Below are positions 39,151-47,135 of a stretch of DNA of 64,000 nucleotides, in pieces; within the stretch, counting starts at the first letter, position 1; every line of letters starts with the position of its first letter. Source of the stretch: Bacteroidota bacterium. Its GTDB lineage: Bacteria > Bacteroidota > Bacteroidia > UBA8524. The stretch is from positions 2,864-66,863 of the forward strand of contig SBGR01000034.1 of the NCBI GenBank assembly GCA_006226545.1, in the 5' to 3' direction. The notes under the pieces were generated by a model that was given only the letters and a program-made list of their open reading frames with translations, made no database searches and was not told the DNA's origin. The position numbers and the translations under genes were made by a program.

Positions 39151-39981
39151 ATGGACATCTACAAGAATTCAAAAGACCTGAGAAAAAGGATCGATCAATA
39201 CAAGCAAGAAGGAAAGCGAATTGGCTTTTTCCCAACCATGGGCGCCTTGCATGCCGGACACATGCGATTGCTTCATGCAGCACAAAAGTCCTGTGATATC
39301 GTGGTTTCCAGCATATTCGTTAATCCAACACAGTTCAATAACCCAGACGATTTAGCCAAATACCCACGTACTCTTCCGGCTGATCTACTCTTGCTCCAAA
39401 CCGAAGGATGCGACGTGGTTTATACGCCAGATAGGGATGATGTTTATGCAGATGAACAATCTTTTTCGCTCGATTTAAAAGGATTGGACAGCGTATTGGA
39501 GGGCAGTTCTCGTCCCGGACATTTTGATGGGGTAGCCCGCGTGGTGAAACTTTTATTCGAAAAAGTGCAGCCGGATGTAGCCTACTTCGGACTGAAAGAT
39601 TTTCAGCAATGCATGGTCATCCGCCAATTGGTGGAACAGCTTGAAATGCCCATCCAATTGCAGTGGGTAGAAACCTCCAGAGAAGACAGTGGCCTTGCAC
39701 GTAGCTCTAGAAATGTTCGCTTGAGCGATGCGCAGCGAAATGCCGCTGCTGTAATTTACCGCGCGCTTCAGCATTGCAAAGCAAACTATAGCTTTCCTCA
39801 AATTGCCCAACTGGAAAAAGAGGCCATTCGCCTCATAGAAGCAGAAGGGTTTACGGTAGATTACTTTCAAATTGTAGAATCGGAAAACCTGCAGCCGAAC
39901 ACTGCATCGCTAAAAGAACCTGTAGCCCTTACCGCGGTCTATGCTGGAGAGGTTCGGTTAATCGACAATTTGATTCTGTAA
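39151..39981 (+). CDS. panC: Pantoate--beta-alanine ligase
   Basis: 276 aa with PTMGALHAGHMRL and the SSIFVNPTQF motif. Confidence 0.95.
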   Translation: MDIYKNSKDLRKRIDQYKQEGKRIGFFPTMGALHAGHMRLLHAAQKSCDIVVSSIFVNPTQFNNPDDLAKYPRTLPADLLLLQTEGCDVVYTPDRDDVYADEQSFSLDLKGLDSVLEGSSRPGHFDGVARVVKLLFEKVQPDVAYFGLKDFQQCMVIRQLVEQLEMPIQLQWVETSREDSGLARSSRNVRLSDAQRNAAAVIYRALQHCKANYSFPQIAQLEKEAIRLIEAEGFTVDYFQIVESENLQPNTASLKEPVALTAVYAGEVRLIDNLIL

Positions 39982-40032
39982 ACACCCACATGGAAATACC
40001 ATCGGCTTTGCTTTTCTTTGAACGTAGATAAA

Positions 40033-41232
40033 ATGGCCGTTCAGCAGCTCCAAAAATATTTCCAGGATAAAAGCCGCGTTAAAGGCGAGTTCAGCAACGA
40101 AGAACTGGCTCGGCAACGTGCGTTTACTATTCGCTATAAAAGCTTGGAAAACTTGGACAAGCAGCTTCTGGAGTTTGAAAGCCATTTCTCCAAGCATCAA
40201 GGTAAATTGATTTGGGCGCCTAAATCCGATTGGGCTTTCAAAGAAATCAAGGAGTTGGCCGGACCCAAAGTTTATACGCGGCAACATCGACTGCTGCATG
40301 AAATTGGACTTTTAGATTCCAAGCCCAGTGGATGGACCTATTTCGACGAATCGTATTTTCGCTATAACCCAGACAATCCCAGCTTCCCGGAGTGGCAAGA
40401 CGCACAAGCCGGACAAAAGCAGATTGCCGCCAGGCCGCAGCCGGATAAAGACTCCTGCGCCATCCTTTTCCCGGAGTTTTATATCAGCGAAAACGGCTCA
40501 TTGCTTTTAGCGAACAATGACCCTTATGTAAATGCCCTACTGAATACCTGCAAACGGATCATTTTCATCGTAGGCATTGAACAGGTTTGCCCTACCATGG
40601 CAGACTCAGAATATTTCCTTTCACTGCTGGGAAAATACCGCTTCGGCAAAAGCGAATTCAACGACTATACTTTTGTGAGCCCAGGAAACAGCCAGCGTGA
40701 ATTGCACCCGCAAACAGAGATGCATGTGGTGATGCTAGACAATGGCCGAACGGATATCTTAGGACATATTCCTGAACGTCAGAGTCTTTATTGCATTCAA
40801 TGTGGCGCCTGCAAACAAGAAAGCAATCACTTGGTACTGAACAGCAGCAAGCCTGCGATCATTGATGCCATCAAGCAGGCTTTGGTGGAGGGAAGTCAGG
40901 AAAAACACTGGCAAGCCCTATTCGATTTTCCATTGAGTGGCAGAGCCAGTCAGGATTGCCCGGTTAACGTAGACCTCAAAGGACTTCTGCTACACATGCG
41001 TCAGCTTGCTGTTACCGGAAAACATGCTCCAAGAGGCGAATCGTATGCTTGGATTGCTTGGAAGAAAGCGATGATGAGCAGAAAATGGCTTAACAAAGGA
41101 GCTCAAATCAAAAATTTCACCCTAAAAAGTTTCTTTAAGAAATCGTGGGGAGAACAACGCGAATTCCCAAAAATCACCGATAAATCCTTCAACGATTGGT
41201 GGTTGGAAACGCGCGGGAAAGAAGAAGCTTAG
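40033..41232 (+). CDS. LUD-domain / LutB-like iron-sulfur protein
   Basis: About 400 aa with a CIQCGACK cluster motif and a preceding DUF162/LUD-like region. Trimmed from the TTG at 40018 to the ATG at 40033. Confidence 0.45.
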   Translation: MAVQQLQKYFQDKSRVKGEFSNEELARQRAFTIRYKSLENLDKQLLEFESHFSKHQGKLIWAPKSDWAFKEIKELAGPKVYTRQHRLLHEIGLLDSKPSGWTYFDESYFRYNPDNPSFPEWQDAQAGQKQIAARPQPDKDSCAILFPEFYISENGSLLLANNDPYVNALLNTCKRIIFIVGIEQVCPTMADSEYFLSLLGKYRFGKSEFNDYTFVSPGNSQRELHPQTEMHVVMLDNGRTDILGHIPERQSLYCIQCGACKQESNHLVLNSSKPAIIDAIKQALVEGSQEKHWQALFDFPLSGRASQDCPVNVDLKGLLLHMRQLAVTGKHAPRGESYAWIAWKKAMMSRKWLNKGAQIKNFTLKSFFKKSWGEQREFPKITDKSFNDWWLETRGKEEA

Positions 41233-41290
41233 CAGAAATTAACACAGCATTAAAATTCGAGATTGTCTAATCTACTATCTTTGCCCCCCG

Positions 41291-42295
41291 ATGCGCGTCA
41301 AAGCAGTAATCATATCGTGTTTTCTACTTGTTAGCCTTCAAGGTGAATCGCAGGTATTGCCTTCATTCGGCAACTCCCGAACGGGAACCGCAGGTATGCA
41401 GTTTCTGAAGATCCTTCCGGATGCGAGAGGAAATGCCTTGGCAGGCAGTTATGTAGCGATAGCCGACGATGCCACCTCCATGTTTTGGAACCCGGCAGGT
41501 ATCACTTTGGCAGGCAGCCAGAATAGATGGAATATCGCTAGCAGCTATACCGCCTATTTCGGTGGCTTTAACCTGGCTGCAGCTTCGGCCGTATACAAAG
41601 CAAAAGGAGACCATTTTTGGGGGCTCTATACCTATGCTTTGAATTCTCCCGAAATGATGGAGACTACCGAACTTCAGCCATTCGGCACGGGAAGAACTTT
41701 CAAATCAAGCAGTTCTATTGTTGGCATGAGCTACGGCAAAGTTCTAACCAACTCCTTTAGCTTTGGCGTAAATGCCAAATACGGCCGAGAAGCCTACGCC
41801 GATGTAGCGGTAAACAATGTGATGTTCGATTTGGGTTTACACTACAACGTAGGCATAAAAAATGCCCGTTTCGCTGTTACCCTCAGCAACTTCGGTATCA
41901 ATGTGAAGCCTCAAGGCAAGGTGACCATCCTAAAACACAATGCCGAAGAGACAATAGAAGACTTCGAACGCGTTTCTGTTCCTGCCATTTTTAGAATTGG
42001 TGCTGCCTTCGACCCCATCGATAAAGAAAACCACAAGCTTACCCTTAGTGCCCAGTTGAATCACCCAACTGACAACAACGAAACGCTTGCTTTTGGCATT
42101 GAATACCTAATTCGCAGAACCGTCTATGTTAGAACCGGCTACGAGTTCGGACAAGATGTGAGCAGCCTTCCTCCTTTGGGTATTGGCTACCGCCTGCCAC
42201 GTAAATTTGGTAAGATGCAATTGGATTATACCTACCAACATCAAGCGAGCTTGGGCTCTGTTCACCGTTTAACCTTTGGAATCGCTTTAAAATGA
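41291..42295 (+). CDS. PorV/PorQ-family outer membrane beta-barrel
   Basis: 334 aa with a signal peptide and the N-terminal signature GTAGMQFLKILPDARGNALAGSYVAIADDATSMFWNPAGI. Confidence 0.55.
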   Translation: MRVKAVIISCFLLVSLQGESQVLPSFGNSRTGTAGMQFLKILPDARGNALAGSYVAIADDATSMFWNPAGITLAGSQNRWNIASSYTAYFGGFNLAAASAVYKAKGDHFWGLYTYALNSPEMMETTELQPFGTGRTFKSSSSIVGMSYGKVLTNSFSFGVNAKYGREAYADVAVNNVMFDLGLHYNVGIKNARFAVTLSNFGINVKPQGKVTILKHNAEETIEDFERVSVPAIFRIGAAFDPIDKENHKLTLSAQLNHPTDNNETLAFGIEYLIRRTVYVRTGYEFGQDVSSLPPLGIGYRLPRKFGKMQLDYTYQHQASLGSVHRLTFGIALK

Positions 42296-43509
42296 AAAAA
42301 GTAAGTCTAGCACTCTCTGTACTTTTTCTTTTGAACTCTTGCTCCTTCTTTGGTGGCAAGAAGCAAGACGATACCGTTGATGAAATCTTTGAACAAGGCC
42401 GGATCGACCCGAACTTGATTCCGGCGAATATTGGTTATGTGCCGGTTCTTCCCTTTTTCACCGGATTTATTAATCCAGTGGATGTATACGTTGGCTACGA
42501 TGAAATGATTTACGTGGTAGACGATAACGGCGTTCACATTATGGATCAGGCCGGAAGAGAATTCCGACTTCTAGCGATACCGGGAGCGAGCGAGGTAATC
42601 CAAGACAGAAGATTGCATACATATGTAATTGGCACCTCTACCGTAGTAGACGGCGGACAATCTTATACCGTTAGTGCCATATACCATTTGAGTAATACAG
42701 CAACCAGCGAAGGTCCTTTCTTTGTAGACACCTTGGTGCAGCCTTTCTGCGACGCAAGTAGAGAGTTTACTTCCTTCCGTGGAGCGGCCGAAGAACAAGT
42801 TCAGTTTACAGGTTTAACTGTTCTCCACGATAATACCTTGATGGTAAGCCGACAAGGCCCGCAAAATTCTGCTGCATCAGTAGCTTATCCAGACAATACC
42901 ATCCTCTTCTTTGATGAAGACGGAAACAATACCGGAAACTCCAACGGCTTAAATTCTCAGAATCCAAGCATCCGCTCTTCGTATAAGGTAGTTGCGATGG
43001 CCGGTGAGGCCGGACCGCCTCAACGCTTGTTTGGCATGAGCGAATCGCGTGATTTCTGGATTGCACAATATGACGCGCTGAACCCGGTAGAATTTTCTTG
43101 CATTGGCATTGAATACCAGTTTGACCCAGACCTTGGGGCGCGCTACGATGGCAAACCTCATTTGCTGAACTTTGATACGAGTAAGTCGGGACGCTTTTTA
43201 TATGAATCATTCCGATTTGGCAAGATTGAAGACCTCTATATGGCACCGGATAATAGCGCCTACTTGTTTGTAGTGGATAGCGATAAAGACTCCGTTTTTC
43301 AGTTTACCAATCTAGGCTTTGAAGGCGTAACGCCACCGGCAAACTATTCCACTAAAAAGCAGGTGATCGCCAGCTTCGGTGGGGAAGGCAGTGGCCCATT
43401 CCAGTTCAGAGACCCAAGCGGTGTTTGCTATTTCAAAAGGCGTCTGTTTGTGGCTGACAAGGGTAACGGACGAATCTGTCGCTATATTCTGAGCACAGAC
43501 TTAGAATAA
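42292..43509 (+). CDS. Lipoprotein with C-terminal NHL-type beta-propeller repeat
   Basis: 405 aa with lipobox LNSC and an NHL-like repeat GEGSGPFQFRDPSGVCYFKRRLFVADKGNGRI. ATGA overlap with the PorV-like gene. Confidence 0.5.
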   Translation: MKKVSLALSVLFLLNSCSFFGGKKQDDTVDEIFEQGRIDPNLIPANIGYVPVLPFFTGFINPVDVYVGYDEMIYVVDDNGVHIMDQAGREFRLLAIPGASEVIQDRRLHTYVIGTSTVVDGGQSYTVSAIYHLSNTATSEGPFFVDTLVQPFCDASREFTSFRGAAEEQVQFTGLTVLHDNTLMVSRQGPQNSAASVAYPDNTILFFDEDGNNTGNSNGLNSQNPSIRSSYKVVAMAGEAGPPQRLFGMSESRDFWIAQYDALNPVEFSCIGIEYQFDPDLGARYDGKPHLLNFDTSKSGRFLYESFRFGKIEDLYMAPDNSAYLFVVDSDKDSVFQFTNLGFEGVTPPANYSTKKQVIASFGGEGSGPFQFRDPSGVCYFKRRLFVADKGNGRICRYILSTDLE

Positions 43510-43530
43510 ACAGGAAGCTTCAATCAGGGG

Positions 43531-43884
43531 CTACCAAATCTTCCACCATGGATCAGCTTTGAGGCCGATAAAGACTCCCTCTTCCGTTTCTTTGATGGGA
43601 TAGGTTTCAACAAAATCGCCCTGTCCGGGAGCACCACGACCATTCTCCACATTGTATTTATAGCGATGTACCGGGCAAACCACCTGTTGGCCTTCACACC
43701 AACCTTCGCCTAACCAGGCTCCGGCATGCGGGCAGCGGTTGTCCATGGCGTAGTAGCCTTGATCTGTTCTAGCGAGGCAAAAACGTTTATCGTTAATATT
43801 GATCACACGCACGGAACCACGCTGTTGCGGCTCAGGCCCATGTGTCTGATTATCATATATTTTAATCCAGTTTAATTTTGCCAT
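43531..43884 (-). CDS. Rieske [2Fe-2S] domain protein (NirD-like)
   Basis: 117 aa with the CPHAG ... CPVHRY Rieske ligands. Confidence 0.85.
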   Translation of the reverse strand: MAKLNWIKIYDNQTHGPEPQQRGSVRVININDKRFCLARTDQGYYAMDNRCPHAGAWLGEGWCEGQQVVCPVHRYKYNVENGRGAPGQGDFVETYPIKETEEGVFIGLKADPWWKIW

Positions 43885-43937
43885 GCAGCTTAATGCCTGT
43901 TTTTAGTGTTTACGTAAAAGTATAGAATCCCCAGCCT

Positions 43938-45422
43938 ATGAAACTTGCATACTATTTATCATTCGGCCTCATATCGCTTTCCTTCAGTGCCTTCGCTCAA
44001 AACAACTGGATTCCGGAGAACGAGTATAGGGTTTATGAGGGTCCAAACAAAGTTACCGGTGTCAAATTTACACAATACGATCAACGTGGAGACACGGCAT
44101 TTTATGCAAACTTTCTCCAGTACCATCGCATAAACGGATCGGCATTGGTAAGCGGCAATCTCTATCCTTTAGAACATATCATGGTGGATAGCCATAGTTC
44201 CTTCGGACGTATGGTTGTTACCCCAACTCATTCGCTTATCCTCAATTACTTTTGGGTTCCGAATATGCCTCAGCCGAATAGCTCATGGATAGCTTCAAAG
44301 CAGGGGCCCAATCTATTCTATGCCATCGAAACAGGGCAAGCCTTTACCTTTAGCAATCGCTACCAAGATTCTTTATTGACGCTAACCGTGCAGGTACAAG
44401 ACTCGAATCAAGTAGGCCTAAATCATTTCTACAATGGCCTTCAAATAGTTTATGGTCAAACGCATGGTTTGGTTTCCTTTTCTCAGCTGTTCAGAGCCGG
44501 AGGAGATGGCAACTATGAGCTGATACAAAGTCCACAAATCAATTTGGTAAATCTACCGGATAGTCTAGCAGAAATGCTACCCTATGAAGCCGGTTCAGAG
44601 ATTCACAGCACCTTTGTGAGATTGTATTCCAACAAGGTAGATTCTACCTACAGGATTCGAAAAACCCTTCAGGTACAGCAGAATGGAAACGTGCTTAGTC
44701 GCACAGACTCGGTATTCGATTTTCAGTTTAGCTATACCGTAAGTGGGCCTGATGCCGGACAGAATACCTTTCTTAAAAAGGAATTCTATACCGAAGATGT
44801 TGAAATCGACCTAAGTCTTTGGGAAAGTTATTCTTTCAGTAAACCGGTTACTTGTTTGTATGGATTCAGTTCAGACAGCAACAGAACATTCGATTATTGG
44901 AGAGCAGATAACTGGACTTCACTTGGTTTGAGCGTGAGTGCAAATATCAACAGTGATATGCAGTATACCCCAAACCCTCCATATTCCTATTTTGCATTGG
45001 GCTCCAGTCGAATTGAAGAAGAAACCAACCATCACTATTTCCCTTTTGCCGGTGGACCTTATTTGTCATTTAATTCACCCGGTGGACAAAGCATTGAATT
45101 ACCCGTTTACAGTAAAAGCAGTTTGGGTGTTTTTGGAGACCCCTTACCGAGTTCCTTGTACATCGCTTCTGTAAATCAGGCTCAGTTAGCTTCCTTGAAT
45201 ATTTACCCAAATCCAAGCGCGGGAGTATTTCAAATCAAATTTCCGCAAGAAGCAAACTGGGACATTCAAGTCATGGACATGAAGGGACAACTGCTGTTTT
45301 CTAGCGATGTGAACGGCACTGAAAAAACCTTAAACCTGAATCATCTATCGGACGGCGTCTATTTAATTCGTGCACAAAGCAGTCTAGGAATCAGTCAAAA
45401 TAGCATTTGCGTGCAGCATTAG
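43938..45422 (+). CDS. Secreted protein with T9SS type-A C-terminal sorting domain
   Basis: 494 aa with a signal peptide and a C-terminal domain LNIYPNPSAGVFQIKF...DGVYLIRAQS. Confidence 0.7.
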   Translation: MKLAYYLSFGLISLSFSAFAQNNWIPENEYRVYEGPNKVTGVKFTQYDQRGDTAFYANFLQYHRINGSALVSGNLYPLEHIMVDSHSSFGRMVVTPTHSLILNYFWVPNMPQPNSSWIASKQGPNLFYAIETGQAFTFSNRYQDSLLTLTVQVQDSNQVGLNHFYNGLQIVYGQTHGLVSFSQLFRAGGDGNYELIQSPQINLVNLPDSLAEMLPYEAGSEIHSTFVRLYSNKVDSTYRIRKTLQVQQNGNVLSRTDSVFDFQFSYTVSGPDAGQNTFLKKEFYTEDVEIDLSLWESYSFSKPVTCLYGFSSDSNRTFDYWRADNWTSLGLSVSANINSDMQYTPNPPYSYFALGSSRIEEETNHHYFPFAGGPYLSFNSPGGQSIELPVYSKSSLGVFGDPLPSSLYIASVNQAQLASLNIYPNPSAGVFQIKFPQEANWDIQVMDMKGQLLFSSDVNGTEKTLNLNHLSDGVYLIRAQSSLGISQNSICVQH

Positions 45423-45458
45423 CGATTGGGTTTCAGGCCAAAGCATTAATTTCGCGGC

Positions 45459-46670
45459 ATGAAAACCATCGATAGCTTCTCTTTTGCCGGTAAACGTGCT
45501 TTGATTCGTGTGGACTTTAACGTTCCGCTCGACAAGCAAACTCTGGCTATTACAGACGATGCACGTATGCGTGCGACCTTGCCAACCCTGAATAAAATCT
45601 TACAGGATGGCGGTTCATGTGTATTGATGTCGCATTTAGGCAGACCGAAAGAAGGTCCGGAAGACAAATACAGCTTAAAGCATTTGCTGGATCATTTGAA
45701 AGCCTTAACCAATGCCCCTGTCTATTTTGCCCCGGATTGTATCGGAGACGCTGCTTATACCCTATCTGCTCATCTGAAGCCCGGTAGCATTTTACTCTTG
45801 GAAAACCTTCGTTTTTACAAGGAGGAAGAAAAAGGCGACGCTGAGTTTGCGGCAAAACTGGCTAAACACGGCGATATTTACGTAAACGATGCATTCGGAA
45901 CGGCGCACAGAGCGCATGCCTCTACGGCGGTTATCGCTCAATATTTTCCGGGTGCTAAATGCTTCGGTTATGTGATGGCAAAAGAAGTAGCCAATGCCGA
46001 AATGATTTTGAAGAATGCCGAGCGTCCGTTTACCGCTATTGTGGGTGGCGCTAAGGTATCTGATAAACTCCTCATCCTTGAAAACCTCTTGAACATCGCT
46101 GATAATATCATCGTAGGCGGTGGAATGGCGTATACTTTCATCAAAGGCATGGGTGGCGAGATAGGCAATTCTTTGGTAGAGGCTGATCGCGTTGAGTTGA
46201 CTCAACAGCTTTTGAATACAGCAAAAGAAAAAGGGGTAAACCTTCTTTTACCACAAGATTCCGTTGTGGCTGATGCATTCAGCAACGAAGCCAACGTAAA
46301 AGTTGCCGATAACATGGAAATTGAAGCCGGCTGGATGGGATTGGATATCGGACCAAATGCAGCGGAAGAATTCCGCAAGGTGGTTTTGAATTCCAAAACC
46401 ATTCTTTGGAACGGACCAATGGGTGTATTTGAGATGAGCAAATTTGAGAACGGTACCCGCACCATTGCTGAGGCTGTAGCTGAAGCAACTGAGAAGCATG
46501 GTGCATTTTCTTTGATTGGCGGCGGCGACAGTGCAGCAGCCATCGCTAAATTCAACTATACCGATAAAGTAAGCTACGTTTCTACAGGCGGTGGTGCCCT
46601 TTTGGAATACTTTGAAGGCAAGGTATTACCGGGTGTTGCTGCAGTGATGGACGAGGCTGAAAACGCATAA
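45459..46670 (+). CDS. pgk: Phosphoglycerate kinase
   Basis: 403 aa with the RVDFNVP, HRAHAS and GGGDSAAA motifs. Confidence 0.97.
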   Translation: MKTIDSFSFAGKRALIRVDFNVPLDKQTLAITDDARMRATLPTLNKILQDGGSCVLMSHLGRPKEGPEDKYSLKHLLDHLKALTNAPVYFAPDCIGDAAYTLSAHLKPGSILLLENLRFYKEEEKGDAEFAAKLAKHGDIYVNDAFGTAHRAHASTAVIAQYFPGAKCFGYVMAKEVANAEMILKNAERPFTAIVGGAKVSDKLLILENLLNIADNIIVGGGMAYTFIKGMGGEIGNSLVEADRVELTQQLLNTAKEKGVNLLLPQDSVVADAFSNEANVKVADNMEIEAGWMGLDIGPNAAEEFRKVVLNSKTILWNGPMGVFEMSKFENGTRTIAEAVAEATEKHGAFSLIGGGDSAAAIAKFNYTDKVSYVSTGGGALLEYFEGKVLPGVAAVMDEAENA

Positions 46671-46697
46671 TCGAATACCTTATTTGACTTTAGATAA

Positions 46698-46723
46698 GGG
46701 CTCCAAATGGGGCCCTTTTTTTT
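46698..46723 (+). terminator. Intrinsic terminator of pgk
   Basis: Stem GGGCTCC/GGGGCCC (one G-U pair) with loop AAAT, followed by T8. Confidence 0.7.
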
Positions 46724-46733
46724 GAAAAAAATG

Positions 46734-46801
46734 CCGCTCCTCCGGAGCGGTGATTAGAGGCAGAACCATTTATCAATAGTAGTGGGGCTCCTCCGGAGCC
46801 C
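46734..46801. repeat. Two GC-rich hairpins of one family (7-bp stem, TCC loop)
   Basis: CCGCTCC-TCC-GGAGCGG at 46734-46750 and GGGCTCC-TCC-GGAGCCC at 46785-46801. Confidence 0.8.
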
Positions 46802-46896
46802 ATCCCATCAATCAGCTATCAAAAACCATCACTTCGGAGAAGTGCCATTATCCTTGCCCTAGAAAGGTTTAGATAAAAAGGCTCTTGAGGAGCCGA
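46797..46896. repeat. ~100-bp direct repeat, copy 1 (ends in hairpin GGCTC-TTGAG-GAGCC)
   Basis: AGCCCATCCCATCAATCAGCTATCAAAAACC...GAAGTGCCATTATCCTTGCCCTAGAAAGGT...GGCTCTTGAGGAGCCG. Aligns with copy 2 over about 100 nt with a variable ~11-nt patch. Confidence 0.85.
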
Positions 46897-46954
46897 ACAG
46901 GGGCATAAAAGACTAAAAGAGTTCCATGCAAAGGCTAAAACAAGAATCCAACAG

Positions 46955-47054
46955 AGCCCATCCCATCAAACAGCTATCAAAAACCGGCAATTCAACGAAG
47001 TGCCATTATCCTTGCCCTAGAAAGGTATAGGTAAAACGGCTCCGGAGGAGCCGC
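46955..47054. repeat. ~100-bp direct repeat, copy 2 (ends in hairpin CGGCTCC-GGA-GGAGCCG)
   Basis: AGCCCATCCCATCAAACAGCTATCAAAAACC...GAAGTGCCATTATCCTTGCCCTAGAAAGGT...CGGCTCCGGAGGAGCCG. Lies 158 nt downstream of copy 1. Confidence 0.85.
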
Positions 47055-47086
47055 ATAATTCCAATCTGCATAGTTTCAAACCACAT

Positions 47087-47111
47087 AAAAAAGCTCCCCT
47101 TTCGGGGAGCT
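47087..47111 (-). terminator. Intrinsic terminator of the TonB-dependent receptor gene
   Basis: 8-bp stem AGCTCCCC/GGGGAGCT with loop TTTC. On the minus strand it is followed by T6 (A-run 47087-47092). Lies 25 nt past the stop. Confidence 0.75.
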
Positions 47112-47135
47112 CTTCTTTATTTAGCCTGTTATGTT

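Noticed and set aside
42806-43246. 146-aa ORF antisense to the NHL lipoprotein gene
   Set aside because: It is a shadow ORF with a Cys/Arg/Gln-rich, unnatural composition.
45550-46555. Five overlapping minus-strand ORFs (66-137 aa) antisense to pgk
   Set aside because: They lie entirely inside a confidently identified, motif-rich pgk gene. Their products are low-complexity (Ala/Ser/Pro-rich) with no start context. This is the typical shadow-ORF pattern opposite a codon-biased gene.
46734-47054. Possible CRISPR array (repeats with spacers)
   Set aside because: There are only two long (~100-nt) repeat copies with 58 nt between them. The four short hairpins differ in sequence and orientation and have irregular spacing. 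No cas genes are present in the window.
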